The notes beneath the pieces are model-generated. The model made no database searches, was not told the origin of the DNA, and worked only from the letters and a program-made list of their open reading frames with translations. The translations under genes were made by a program, and so were the position numbers. This document shows positions 49,485 to 58,489 of a stretch of 64,000 nucleotides of DNA, one piece after another. This DNA comes from Thiohalomonadaceae bacterium (GTDB lineage: Bacteria > Pseudomonadota > Gammaproteobacteria > Thiohalomonadales > Thiohalomonadaceae), in NCBI GenBank assembly GCA_041554195.1, contig JBFFMJ010000008.1, forward strand, positions 69,359 through 133,358, in the 5' to 3' direction. The stretch's first letter is position 1; every line of letters starts with the position of its first letter.

Positions 49485-50419
49485 TATTTTTCTCCCCCAC
49501 GCTCGACCAGATCGAGAAACAGCTCTTCCAGCCGGTTGGCCTTGTTGCGCATCGACATTACCTCAATGCCACTTCGACTCAGCTCCTCAAACACCACGTT
49601 AATCGTCTGCTCACGGCGCACCTCCATCTCCAGTGTCGTCTCATCGATGAGCTCTAGCGGGTAGCCGCATTGCAGGGTGGGGGCGACAGTAAGTGGCACG
49701 GCAAGGTCGAGGATAAAGGTCTCTTTATCGAGCTGGTTGATCAGCTGTTTGATCGAGGTATTTTCGACGATAGTCCCCTGGTCGATGATCGCCACATTGC
49801 GGCATAGCTGCTCCGCCTCCTCCAGGTAGTGGGTAGTGAGGATGATGGTCGTGCCCTCGCCATTGACCTCGCGCAGGAACTGCCACATTGAGCGACGCAG
49901 TTCGATATCCACCCCGGCAGTGGGCTCATCGAGGATCAGCAGGCGCGGCTTATGCACCAGCGCACGGGCGATCATCAGCCGACGTTTCATACCGCCGGAG
50001 AGGCCCCGGGCGACGGCGCGCCGCTTCTCCCATAGCCCCAGTTTTTTCAGCGCCCACTCGCAACGCTCGCGGGCCGTCTGCTTATCCACCCCGTAGTAGC
50101 CGGCCTGGTTGATCACGATCTCCTCCACCGGCTCGAACATGTTGAAGTTGAACTCCTGCGGCACCAGACCCAGGTCACGCTTCACCCGCATCGGATGCTG
50201 TTGCATGTCATTACCGAAGACCTTCACACTGCCCGCGCTCTTGTTGACCAGTGAGGTGATGATGCTGATGGTGGTCGATTTGCCCGCGCCGTTGGGGCCG
50301 AGCAGGGCGAAAAAATCGCCCTCTTCCACATTCAGGTCGATGCCCTTGAGGGCGACAAAACCGTTGCGATAGGTCTTTTTCAGACCGCTGATTTCCAGGG
50401 CGTGCATAGCTTTACTCAA
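49484..50419 (-). CDS. ABC transporter ATP-binding protein (YadG-like)
   Basis: Walker A GPNGAGKST, signature LSGGMKRR and Walker B LLILDEPT, plus a C-terminal accessory domain. Confidence 0.9.
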   Translation of the reverse strand: MSKAMHALEISGLKKTYRNGFVALKGIDLNVEEGDFFALLGPNGAGKSTTISIITSLVNKSAGSVKVFGNDMQQHPMRVKRDLGLVPQEFNFNMFEPVEEIVINQAGYYGVDKQTARERCEWALKKLGLWEKRRAVARGLSGGMKRRLMIARALVHKPRLLILDEPTAGVDIELRRSMWQFLREVNGEGTTIILTTHYLEEAEQLCRNVAIIDQGTIVENTSIKQLINQLDKETFILDLAVPLTVAPTLQCGYPLELIDETTLEMEVRREQTINVVFEELSRSGIEVMSMRNKANRLEELFLDLVERGGEK

Positions 50420-50628
50420 ACACTTCGTTGGGGGTAGGTACGCAGTCTACCGCAGCGCCTGCAATGGTGCTATTTGAGCTTGCCAGTTGTGACCCGTTGG
50501 GCGTTGACCCTACGTATGTTGCGTGATACAAAACCCTGCGACTACTGGAGAAATAGAACAATAAGTGACATTTCCTGCCGCTGCCTGCATGCGCTTGGGG
50601 GAAAGGGAAGGGACTACATAGGGAGAGC

Positions 50629-51951
50629 ATGATGTCTGACGCAACATATATGGTGGTATTTCGCGGTGAACTGGTCGATGGGGCCGAACTGGAGCAGGTC
50701 AAAGAGACCCTGCAAAACCTCTGTAAACTGACTCGCGACAAGGTCGAACAGCTGTTTAATCTGCCGGCGGTGGTGTTGAAGAAGAATCTCAGCCATGATC
50801 TGGCAGAGAGTTTCAAGCATCAGCTGGAGAGGGTCGGCATCATCACCGAGGTTAAGGCGATGGACGATGCGAAGCTGGTCGTGGTGAGCGACAACACCCT
50901 CGCGGTCGCGGCACCCACCGTAGCGGATGCCGGTGGCGATGCCGCCGACACAACCTCAACAGAGGCCGCTGCCGATGGGCAGGGCAGCCGACTGCAGGTG
51001 GAGTTTCACGGCAAGGGAGACGAGTATTTCAAGATCTGGATCGTCAACATCTTCCTCACCATCCTGACCGTTGGCATCTACTCGGCCTGGGCCAAGGTGC
51101 GCAACCATCGCTACTTCTACAGCAATACACAAATCGGTGAGGGCAGCTTCGAGTACACCGCCGACCCGGTGGCGATCCTCAAGGGGCGTATCGTCGCGGT
51201 GATCTTCCTGCTGCTGTTTAACTATGCGGGAACCACACTGCCGTTCGGCGGCGTCCTGTATGGCATGTTGTCGGTTATATTATTGATTTCGATGCCGTGG
51301 TTAATTAACCGCTCCATGGCATTTCGTAATCGGAATACGGTCTACCGTAATGTGCGTTTTGGGTTTGATGGAAACTATGGGGGAGCATTGAAGGCATTCG
51401 TGCTGTGGCCTCTTGCGGGGGCCTTTACCGCCGGTATCCTCATGCCCTATGCCGTGTACAAACAGAAGAGCTACATTGTGCAGTGTTCGCGTTATGGTAC
51501 CAGCAGCTTTGAAACGGAATTTGGGTGGCGTGAGGTGTATGGGGTGGCGATTCGTGCCTTCCTTGCAATGATTCTAGCTGGTGTATTGTTGCTTGTTCCC
51601 TTTGTGGGGCCTTTACTCGCTTTGCCTATCTACCTGCTCGCCTTTGCCTACTTTACCGCTAATGTCGGCAATCTGGTCTATAACGGCAGCAAGCTGCAGT
51701 CACATGGTTTTGACTCAAGCCTGGAAACCGGGGGGCTGGCAATGCTCTACTTCACCAACTGGCTGATTGTGGCCTTTACCCTCGGACTGGGTACGCCCTG
51801 GGCTAAGGTAAGGCTGGCCAATTACCGTGCTGAACACCTGGCGCTTCTGGTGGACGGTTCGCTCGACAACTTCATTGCCGCCGAAGAGAAGAACGTCAGC
51901 TCTCTGGGTGAAGAGATCGGTGAGGCCTTCGACTTAGATATCGGCCTGTAA
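50629..51951 (+). CDS. DUF898 (YjgN-like) polytopic membrane protein with an extra ~75-aa N-terminal soluble domain
   Basis: YFKIWIVNIFLTILTVGIYSAWAKVRNHRYFYSNT and the later GLGTPWAKVRLANY are the duplicated DUF898 signature. The N-terminal YMVVFRGELVDGAELEQVKETL... domain is joined by an Ala/Thr-rich linker. Confidence 0.7.
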   Translation: MMSDATYMVVFRGELVDGAELEQVKETLQNLCKLTRDKVEQLFNLPAVVLKKNLSHDLAESFKHQLERVGIITEVKAMDDAKLVVVSDNTLAVAAPTVADAGGDAADTTSTEAAADGQGSRLQVEFHGKGDEYFKIWIVNIFLTILTVGIYSAWAKVRNHRYFYSNTQIGEGSFEYTADPVAILKGRIVAVIFLLLFNYAGTTLPFGGVLYGMLSVILLISMPWLINRSMAFRNRNTVYRNVRFGFDGNYGGALKAFVLWPLAGAFTAGILMPYAVYKQKSYIVQCSRYGTSSFETEFGWREVYGVAIRAFLAMILAGVLLLVPFVGPLLALPIYLLAFAYFTANVGNLVYNGSKLQSHGFDSSLETGGLAMLYFTNWLIVAFTLGLGTPWAKVRLANYRAEHLALLVDGSLDNFIAAEEKNVSSLGEEIGEAFDLDIGL

Positions 51952-53015
51952 TGGAGATCACCGGCGAGTTATACGACGGCAAGACCTCGGCCCATTGGTC
52001 GGCGCGGCTAACGGCACATGCGGGTGGCCTGCTGCAACTGCATTGGGATGAGGGCACGAGCAACTACCCGCTCGATACGGTAGCGATCACCTCGCGTCTC
52101 GGCAACACGCCGCGCTACCTCACCCTGCCCGATGGGCGAAAATTCGAGACCCGCGACAACGACGCCGTCGATGCCCTGTTGCAACAACACAGCCAGCAGG
52201 GTATTCACGGCTGGCAGTCCTACCTGCACAAGCTGGAGAGTCATCTCCACTATGTCGCGCTGGCGCTGGTGGTGGTGATCGCCTTCAGCTGGGGCATGCT
52301 GAAGTACGGCCTGCCCGCCGCCTCCGAGGGGATTGCCTACGCGCTGCCGCAAAACATCATGCAGAATGCCACCGACTCCACGCTGGCGTTTCTCGACGAC
52401 CACTATCTGGAGCCCTCCGAGCTGGACGAGGCGGTGCAGCAGCGACTCGCCGCACGTTTTGCCGCGATGAGTAAACAGGTCGAGCAGGGGTTCAATTACC
52501 AGCTGCTGTTTCGCAAGGGTGGCGAAATGCTGGGGGCCAACGCCTTCGCCCTGCCTTCCGGCACCATCGTCATGACCGACGAACTGGTCGCTATCGCTAA
52601 TAATGACGAAGAGTTGGTCGCCGTGCTGGCCCACGAACTGGGGCACGTGGTTAACCGCCATAGCCTGCGCCAGGTGCTGCAAAACTCCGCTCTCTCGCTC
52701 GCCATCACCTACACCACAGGCGATGCCAGCTCCCTCATCGTCGCCCTGCCGGTGTTGTTCGTACAGATGGGCTACTCACGCAAGTTTGAACACGAGGCCG
52801 ATCAATTCGCCTACGACTACCTGCAACACAACGCGATCGCCACACAGCACTTCGCCACCATCCTCGAAGGACTAGAGGCCGCCCATATGGTACGTCGCGA
52901 TAAACATAAAGAGAACAAGAAGGAAGAAGGGAGCAAGGTTGTTGATGTGTTTGAATATCTCTCCACGCATCCACCTACAGCAGAGCGGGTTAAGCGGTTT
53001 CGTGAGGAGGGGTGA
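51951..53015 (+). CDS. M48 family zinc metallopeptidase
   Basis: HELGH (HExxH) within LAHELGHVVNRH, a downstream EHEAD Glu ligand region, one TM segment and an N-terminal ~100-aa extra domain. The start overlaps the DUF898 stop by 1 nt. Confidence 0.85.
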   Translation: MEITGELYDGKTSAHWSARLTAHAGGLLQLHWDEGTSNYPLDTVAITSRLGNTPRYLTLPDGRKFETRDNDAVDALLQQHSQQGIHGWQSYLHKLESHLHYVALALVVVIAFSWGMLKYGLPAASEGIAYALPQNIMQNATDSTLAFLDDHYLEPSELDEAVQQRLAARFAAMSKQVEQGFNYQLLFRKGGEMLGANAFALPSGTIVMTDELVAIANNDEELVAVLAHELGHVVNRHSLRQVLQNSALSLAITYTTGDASSLIVALPVLFVQMGYSRKFEHEADQFAYDYLQHNAIATQHFATILEGLEAAHMVRRDKHKENKKEEGSKVVDVFEYLSTHPPTAERVKRFREEG

Positions 53016-53116
53016 TTGAAAAGCGTTATATGCCACACTCGATTTAGAGGAGTCTGAGCATTTTTAAACGTAACAAAACTTTTTTTAACTAATACGTTCA
53101 CCTTAAATATATTGTT

Positions 53117-53138
53117 GTGGGCACCGTGAGGTGCCCAC
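53117..53138. terminator. Shared hairpin between the convergent M48 and M16 genes
   Basis: 9-bp stem gtgggcacc/ggtgcccac with loop gtga. AT-rich flanks on both sides. Confidence 0.45.
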
Positions 53139-53146
53139 CTTGCGTT

Positions 53147-56062
53147 TTAGAGCTTGATGATCTCCAGCCCCTGCTTATTTTCTAATGTTCCCGGATCACT
53201 GATCACGGCGGTGCTGGCCAGTTCGGGTTTGAGGTAGGTCGCGGCGACCTGTTTCAGGTCGCTCTCGGTTACCGCCAGGATACGGGCACGGAAGCGGCGG
53301 CGTTGCTCCGAGGTGCGACCGTGCAGCGTGGCGTAGAAACTTTTCTTCGCCTCGCCGGCGGGGGAGCCGGGTTTGTCGATGCTGCTGATGACGCCGAGGA
53401 TCGCCTCCTCTACTAGTCGCCATTCATGGTCGTTTTCCTGTAGCCAGCTGACGGAATTGTCGAAGTCGGCCAGGGTCTCGTCTAGACGCGGGTCGCGGTA
53501 GGAGTAGAAGCGGAAGGCGCCGCTGTCGGTGTCGTAGCTGGCACCGCCGCCGTAGGCACCGCCCTGCTCGCGAATGGTGCGGTGCAGGTAGTTATTGCGC
53601 AGGAAGCCGCCCAGCACCATCAGTGCAGGGGCATCGTTATGTTCGATGCAGACGCCAGGATAGGCCTTGGCGCAGAAGTTGACCTGGGTCGAGGTGGCCC
53701 ACCCCTGCTGCAGCTGACCGCTGGCGGCGGCGGGCAGGTAGAGCCCGCTGTTGGCAGCGGCGCTGTGGCCCTGCCAGCGTTGTTGCAGGTGCCCGGTGAT
53801 CTCTGCGCGCTGCTCGGCCTCGCCAATCAGGAGTAGCTGTCGTGGGGCTTGCAGCAGGGTGTCGCGCAGACGCTCCAGTTTGGCGGCGAAGGCCGATAGC
53901 GCCTCGGTGTCGTCGAGGCTGTCGTCCAGTGCCTTAAGGTGTTTCACACCGCCCAGGCCGCTCCAGTTGTGTTGCTGTGCTGCGCTGGGGCTGAGCCCGG
54001 CGCTGGCGGCGACCATCGCCAGACTGTGCCCGGCACTGGTGACGCGCTGCTCGCGATACATGCGCTCCTGTGCCACCAGCTCACGGATACGGGGCAGCTC
54101 ATCGAAGCGGGCGGACTCGAAGGTCTCCAGCATCAGGTCGGCCAGTGCCGCCTGGTTGCGCACCAGCGCCTTGCCGGAGAGGGTGAAGCTGCCGCGACAC
54201 TGTTGCAGGTCGTCCACCGCGCCGCGCAATGAGATGCTGGCCCCGATACCGCCGGTGACCGCTGATTGAATGGACTGTGAGGCCAGGTAGTCACGACCAG
54301 CGCTGCCAACCTCGGTCAGGATGTCGGTAAAGATCGGCAGCAGCTGTGCCAGCTCGGCGTCCAGCTCGGGCAGATCGACCACCACCTGCTGGTAGACGAT
54401 GCCGTTGGTGCCGCAGGCATACCAGCTGGCGGGCATGGTGCCGATGGTGTCATTTTCACCCTCGGCGATCGTCAGTTCGGCGGGGATATCTTCCAGTCCC
54501 ACCTTGGGCAGCTGCTCGGGGTCGTCGGTCTGTTCCTGACGTTGTGCTAGGGCGGCGGCCTGTTCGATCACCTGCTGCTTCTGCGCGTCGTTCATGCTGG
54601 ACTTGATGGCAGCGAGGCGTTCGGCTTCTCTGGCGGCACGCTGTTCGCTGAGTTGAGTGTCGGGGGACATCACCAGCCGTACCCGGTGGGGATTTTCCAG
54701 CACCTCGCGGGCCAGCCTCTTGATGAACTCTGGGTCCTCGATCTGCTGGCGTAGCTTTTCCAGAATGGGGTCGATGTCGAGTGCGGCCTGTGCATCGGCG
54801 CCATGCAACACAGTACCGAGGGCATTAACGATCAGGTGCAGGCCGTAGGGAAAACCGTCGCCGCTTACCTCGCGCTGTGACAGCTCGTACTGGTGCAACA
54901 CCGCCTCCACCATCTCCTTATCCACACCGTTGTCGGCGACATCCTGGAGTACCTCGAGTACCAGTTGCTCGACGGCCTCGGCGTGCTCCGGGTTGGAACC
55001 CTCCAGACCGGCGGCGAACATCATCTCGCGAGTCGAGTCGGAGAGGCCGCATAGCGGTGAGGGGGCGCTGCCAAGGTTGGTGGTCTCCAGCGCGTGGCGC
55101 AGGGGCGAGGCCCCGTTGTCGAGCAATACACCGGAGAGTAAATGGGCGCGCATCACCTCTTCGGCGTCGATCGATTTGCCGAGCAGCCAGCCGAGTACGA
55201 TGTGGGTCTTGTCTTCGGTATCCTCCTCACCATCAAGGGCGTAGCGATCCTCGACCTGCACGGGGGCAGTGAAGCGCTGCTCGTCGGGTACGGAGATATC
55301 GATATCGAGGTGCTTAAACTGTTTCAACGCACCCTCTTCAAACACCGCCTGATGCTCGGCGGCGGGAATATCGCCAAAGGTCATAAAGACCGCGTTGCTG
55401 GGGTGGTAGTGCTTGGCGTGAAAGGCCTTAAGCTCTTCGTAGCTGAGGTCGGGGATCGCCTCCGGATCACCACCGGAGTTGTGGTGGTAGGTGATAGTGG
55501 GGAAGAGCTCGCGGCTCAGGGCCTGATAGAGGGCGGAGACCGGGGAGCTCATCGCCCCCTTCATTTCGTTAAACACCACACCCTTATAAACCAGCTCGGA
55601 GTCGGGATTAGCTGCCTCGGCAAACTCCACACGGTGCCCCTCCTGCAGGAAGTCCATCTCGTTGAGGGTGGGGAAGAAGGTGGCATCAAGATAGACATTG
55701 AGCAGGTTGCTGAAGTCCTTGCGGTTGCGGCTGGCGAAGGGGTAGGCGGTCCAGTCGGCCGAGGTAAAGGCATTCATAAAGGTGTTAAGCGAGCGGCGCG
55801 TCATCATAAAGAAGGGGTCGCGCACCGGGTAGCGCGCACTGCCACAGAGGCTGGTGTGCTCCAGGATGTGGGCCACCCCGGTGGAGTCCTGTGGCACGGT
55901 ACGAAAGGCTACGAGGAAGGTGTTCTGGTCATCATCACTGGCCAGGTGCAGGTGCGAGGCACCGGTCTCCCTGTGGCGAAACTCCTGAAGTTCCAGATTC
56001 AGGGAGGGGATGCGCTGGGCGCGTAGAAACTCAAATGCCGCGTTAGTTTCGGGGTGACTCAT
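53147..56062 (-). CDS. M16 (insulinase/pitrilysin) family metalloprotease, PreP-like ~970-aa form
   Basis: Inverted zinc motif HILEH (HxxEH) near the N-terminus. Four-domain length of 971 aa. Confidence 0.9.
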   Translation of the reverse strand: MSHPETNAAFEFLRAQRIPSLNLELQEFRHRETGASHLHLASDDDQNTFLVAFRTVPQDSTGVAHILEHTSLCGSARYPVRDPFFMMTRRSLNTFMNAFTSADWTAYPFASRNRKDFSNLLNVYLDATFFPTLNEMDFLQEGHRVEFAEAANPDSELVYKGVVFNEMKGAMSSPVSALYQALSRELFPTITYHHNSGGDPEAIPDLSYEELKAFHAKHYHPSNAVFMTFGDIPAAEHQAVFEEGALKQFKHLDIDISVPDEQRFTAPVQVEDRYALDGEEDTEDKTHIVLGWLLGKSIDAEEVMRAHLLSGVLLDNGASPLRHALETTNLGSAPSPLCGLSDSTREMMFAAGLEGSNPEHAEAVEQLVLEVLQDVADNGVDKEMVEAVLHQYELSQREVSGDGFPYGLHLIVNALGTVLHGADAQAALDIDPILEKLRQQIEDPEFIKRLAREVLENPHRVRLVMSPDTQLSEQRAAREAERLAAIKSSMNDAQKQQVIEQAAALAQRQEQTDDPEQLPKVGLEDIPAELTIAEGENDTIGTMPASWYACGTNGIVYQQVVVDLPELDAELAQLLPIFTDILTEVGSAGRDYLASQSIQSAVTGGIGASISLRGAVDDLQQCRGSFTLSGKALVRNQAALADLMLETFESARFDELPRIRELVAQERMYREQRVTSAGHSLAMVAASAGLSPSAAQQHNWSGLGGVKHLKALDDSLDDTEALSAFAAKLERLRDTLLQAPRQLLLIGEAEQRAEITGHLQQRWQGHSAAANSGLYLPAAASGQLQQGWATSTQVNFCAKAYPGVCIEHNDAPALMVLGGFLRNNYLHRTIREQGGAYGGGASYDTDSGAFRFYSYRDPRLDETLADFDNSVSWLQENDHEWRLVEEAILGVISSIDKPGSPAGEAKKSFYATLHGRTSEQRRRFRARILAVTESDLKQVAATYLKPELASTAVISDPGTLENKQGLEIIKL

Positions 56063-56176
56063 GGATGTCGCTTTCCTTTGTGAAGGTTCGGTCTTCTAGT
56101 AAATATTGTGGCAAGCGCCATAGTATACAAGGATTGTCGGATTGGTTGCCTGCCGAGATCACTCTACAATGTCCCT

Positions 56177-56941
56177 ATGGAACTCTTCGACACCCATTGC
56201 CACCTCGATGTGGCCGATTTCGACCCCGACCGGGCGGCGGTGCTGGCCCGTGCCCGTGGTGTCGGGGTGGGGCAGATGGTGATCCCGGCGGTCGATGCGG
56301 CGGGCTGGCCGGGGCTTCTCGACTTATGTCGCCGTGAAACGGGGCTCTATCCCGCCCTGGGCCTCCACCCAATCTTTATTGACCGCCATCGCGAGGAAGA
56401 CCTTGTCTCACTGCGCCATCTGGTGGAGCAGGAGCACCCCATTGCCATCGGCGAGATCGGTCTCGACTTCTATCTCAAAGAGCTGGACCGTGAGCGCCAG
56501 CAGTGGCTGTTCGAGCGGCAGTTACAGATCGCCGCTGAATTCCAGCTGCCGGTGTTACTGCATGTACGCAAGGCCCACGATGAGGTGCTGTCGACGCTCA
56601 AGCGGGTGAAGTTTAGCCACGGTGGTATCGCCCACGCCTTTAACGGCAGCCGACAGCAGGCACAGCAGTATATCGACCTTGGCTTCAAGCTGGGCTTCGG
56701 CGGCATGGTTACCTACGAGCGTTCCAGCAAGCTGCGTCAACTGGCAGCTGAACTGCCGCTGGCATCGCTGGTGCTGGAGACCGATGCCCCCGATATGACC
56801 CCCAGTGCCCACCATGGCGGGCGTAACAGTCCCGAGTATCTGCCTGAGGTGTTACAGGCACTGGCCGCGCTGCGTGGTATGGGGGCGCAAGAGCTGGCAG
56901 AGCGACTACTGGTGAATAGTCGTGAATTGTTGCTGCGGTGA
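56177..56941 (+). CDS. TatD family metal-dependent hydrolase/DNase
   Basis: MELFDTHCHLD start, plus IGEIGLDFY and ETDAPDM blocks. Start at 56177, not 56108. Confidence 0.9.
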   Translation: MELFDTHCHLDVADFDPDRAAVLARARGVGVGQMVIPAVDAAGWPGLLDLCRRETGLYPALGLHPIFIDRHREEDLVSLRHLVEQEHPIAIGEIGLDFYLKELDRERQQWLFERQLQIAAEFQLPVLLHVRKAHDEVLSTLKRVKFSHGGIAHAFNGSRQQAQQYIDLGFKLGFGGMVTYERSSKLRQLAAELPLASLVLETDAPDMTPSAHHGGRNSPEYLPEVLQALAALRGMGAQELAERLLVNSRELLLR

Positions 56942-56957
56942 AATAAATCAAAAATCG

Positions 56958-56986
56958 TGTCAACCGATCCTGAGCCACTGCGTTAT
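56958..56986 (+). promoter_or_regulatory. Possible ECF-type promoter (AAC-N16-CGT) upstream of the repeat-protein/ECF cluster
   Basis: tgtcAACc (AAC at 56962-56964), a 16-nt spacer, then CGTtat (56981-56986), about 37 nt before ATG 57023. This is a pattern match only. Confidence 0.25.
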
Positions 56987-57022
56987 TACTGGTGACACAG
57001 ACAAAAACTTTGGAGAACAAAC

Positions 57023-57349
57023 ATGAAATGGTCAATGATTTTGGGTAGTGGTTTTATGGCAATGGCGCTGGCATCCGCCAGTGTTTCGGCTGAAGAGGAG
57101 GGTGATAAGGTTCGCACCCGTACCGAGGCCCAGGAGCGCGTCAACATGCAGGAGAATGGTGAGCAGACGCGTACCCAGACCCGTACTCGCACTGAAGATG
57201 GCGAGGGTGAGCAGACCCAAATCCAGACCCAAACTCAAGCACGCAATGAGGATGGTGAGGGCGAGCAGCGTAAAGAGCAGCACATGCATCAACACCAGCA
57301 TCAGCAACGCGCTGCCAGTCGTCCCGCCGGTGGCGGTGGTCGCCGCTAG
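57023..57349 (+). CDS. Secreted low-complexity protein rich in T/Q/E/R/H with an internal EDGEGEQ repeat
   Basis: GGAG lies 8 nt upstream. Signal peptide MKWSMILGSGFMAMALASASVSA. The mature part reads RTRTEAQE...TRTQTRTRTEDGEGEQTQIQTQTQARNEDGEGEQRKEQHMHQHQHQQR...GGGGRR. Confidence 0.55.
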   Translation: MKWSMILGSGFMAMALASASVSAEEEGDKVRTRTEAQERVNMQENGEQTRTQTRTRTEDGEGEQTQIQTQTQARNEDGEGEQRKEQHMHQHQHQQRAASRPAGGGGRR

Positions 57350-57428
57350 GTCGTTCTGGGCCGATTAGCTAGATCGCAAGGAGTCTTCACTGGAGAGGCG
57401 AGCCGAACTGGAGCAATTTCTGGCGGGG

Positions 57429-57929
57429 GTGGAGCGGCGTGCCTTCCACTTTGCCAGGGTCGCCACCAGTAATGAAGACGATGCGCTGGAGATCGTGCAG
57501 GAGGCGATGTTTAAGCTGGTGCAGCGCTACGCGGATAGAGAGTCTGCGCAGTGGCCGGCACTGTTTCATCGCATTCTGCAAAGCCGTATCCGCGACTGGT
57601 ATCGGCGCAGTGCAGTACGCAACCGTCTGCGGGTCTGGTTCGGTGGCGCGGATGATGAAGGTGATGACCCGCTTGAAAACCAGCCCGCCCCTCACACCGA
57701 GGGACCACAGCAGTCGCTGCAAAATGCGCGTTTTGGAGACGAGCTGGAGCGGGCCCTTCACGCACTACCCAACCGTCAGCAACAGGCTTTTCTGTTGCGA
57801 GCCTGGGAGGGACTGAGTGTGGAGGCGACGGCACAGGCAATGGGCTGTTCAGGTGGTAGCGTGAAGACACACTACTCACGGGCGATAAAGGTGTTGCGTG
57901 AACGGCTGGAGGGATTTAATGGAGAATGA
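57429..57929 (+). CDS. ECF-type RNA polymerase sigma factor (5' boundary uncertain)
   Basis: Region 2 is DDALEIVQEAMFKLVQRY...FHRILQSRIRDWYRR. Region 4 HTH is QQQAFLLRAWEGLSVEATAQAMGCSGGSVKTHYSRA. The frame is open from 57369 and contains no ATG. AAGGAG (57378-57383) precedes CTG 57390, and GTG 57429 is the first canonical start. Confidence 0.85.
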   Translation: MERRAFHFARVATSNEDDALEIVQEAMFKLVQRYADRESAQWPALFHRILQSRIRDWYRRSAVRNRLRVWFGGADDEGDDPLENQPAPHTEGPQQSLQNARFGDELERALHALPNRQQQAFLLRAWEGLSVEATAQAMGCSGGSVKTHYSRAIKVLRERLEGFNGE

Positions 57930-58293
57930 CGACAAACAATTTATTGAGCAGGTCAGGCAGGGGCTGGATGAGTGCGTTGAGCAACAGTCACCCAGGTTAC
58001 AGGGCCGACTGCGAGCGGCTCGACGTGAGGCGCTAAGCGGTGCCACAGGCAGGCCTGCAAATCTCGCAAGGCATCGCTGGCTGGGTGCCGCGCTGGCCTC
58101 GTTGTTTGTGGTCATCGCCAGCACTAGTCTGTGGTTTGAATCCTCACAAGGGCCTGAGAGTAGTGTGGAGTCGCAACTACTGGCGGTGAGTGCGAGTGAT
58201 CAGCAGATGCTGCGCCAGGGCGACGACATGGAGCTCTACCAGGACCTGGAATTTTACTACTGGCTGCAACAGGAGCAGGCCCATGCGGGCTAG
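57919..58293 (+). CDS. DUF3619-like single-TM protein (probable anti-sigma partner)
   Basis: MENDDKQFIEQVRQGLDE...RLRAARREAL, one TM segment (WLGAALASLFVVIAS) and the C-terminal DLEFYYWL. Pattern and position after the ECF sigma match DUF3619. Overlaps the sigma stop (ATGGAGAATGA). Confidence 0.55.
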   Translation: MENDDKQFIEQVRQGLDECVEQQSPRLQGRLRAARREALSGATGRPANLARHRWLGAALASLFVVIASTSLWFESSQGPESSVESQLLAVSASDQQMLRQGDDMELYQDLEFYYWLQQEQAHAG

Positions 58294-58489
58294 TCGCCTT
58301 GTGGTATTTGTGTGGGCGATGATGCCGTTAATCGGTGTGGCGGATGAGAGCGCACCACCCTCGTTGGCCTTACTGGAATACCTGGGTGAGTGGCAGGACG
58401 AGGAGGGGCATGAGATCGACCCGCAGGCGCTGGCGATGATGCAGCTGGAGCCCATGCCGGGCGGAGGTGATAGTGATGATGAAGAGTAG
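58283..58489 (+). CDS. Small secreted acidic protein (68 aa), hypothetical
   Basis: ATG overlaps the DUF3619 stop. Signal-like MRASRLVVFVWAMMPLIGVA followed by an acidic tail ending GGGDSDDEE. Supported only by coupling and the signal peptide. Confidence 0.4.
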   Translation: MRASRLVVFVWAMMPLIGVADESAPPSLALLEYLGEWQDEEGHEIDPQALAMMQLEPMPGGGDSDDEE

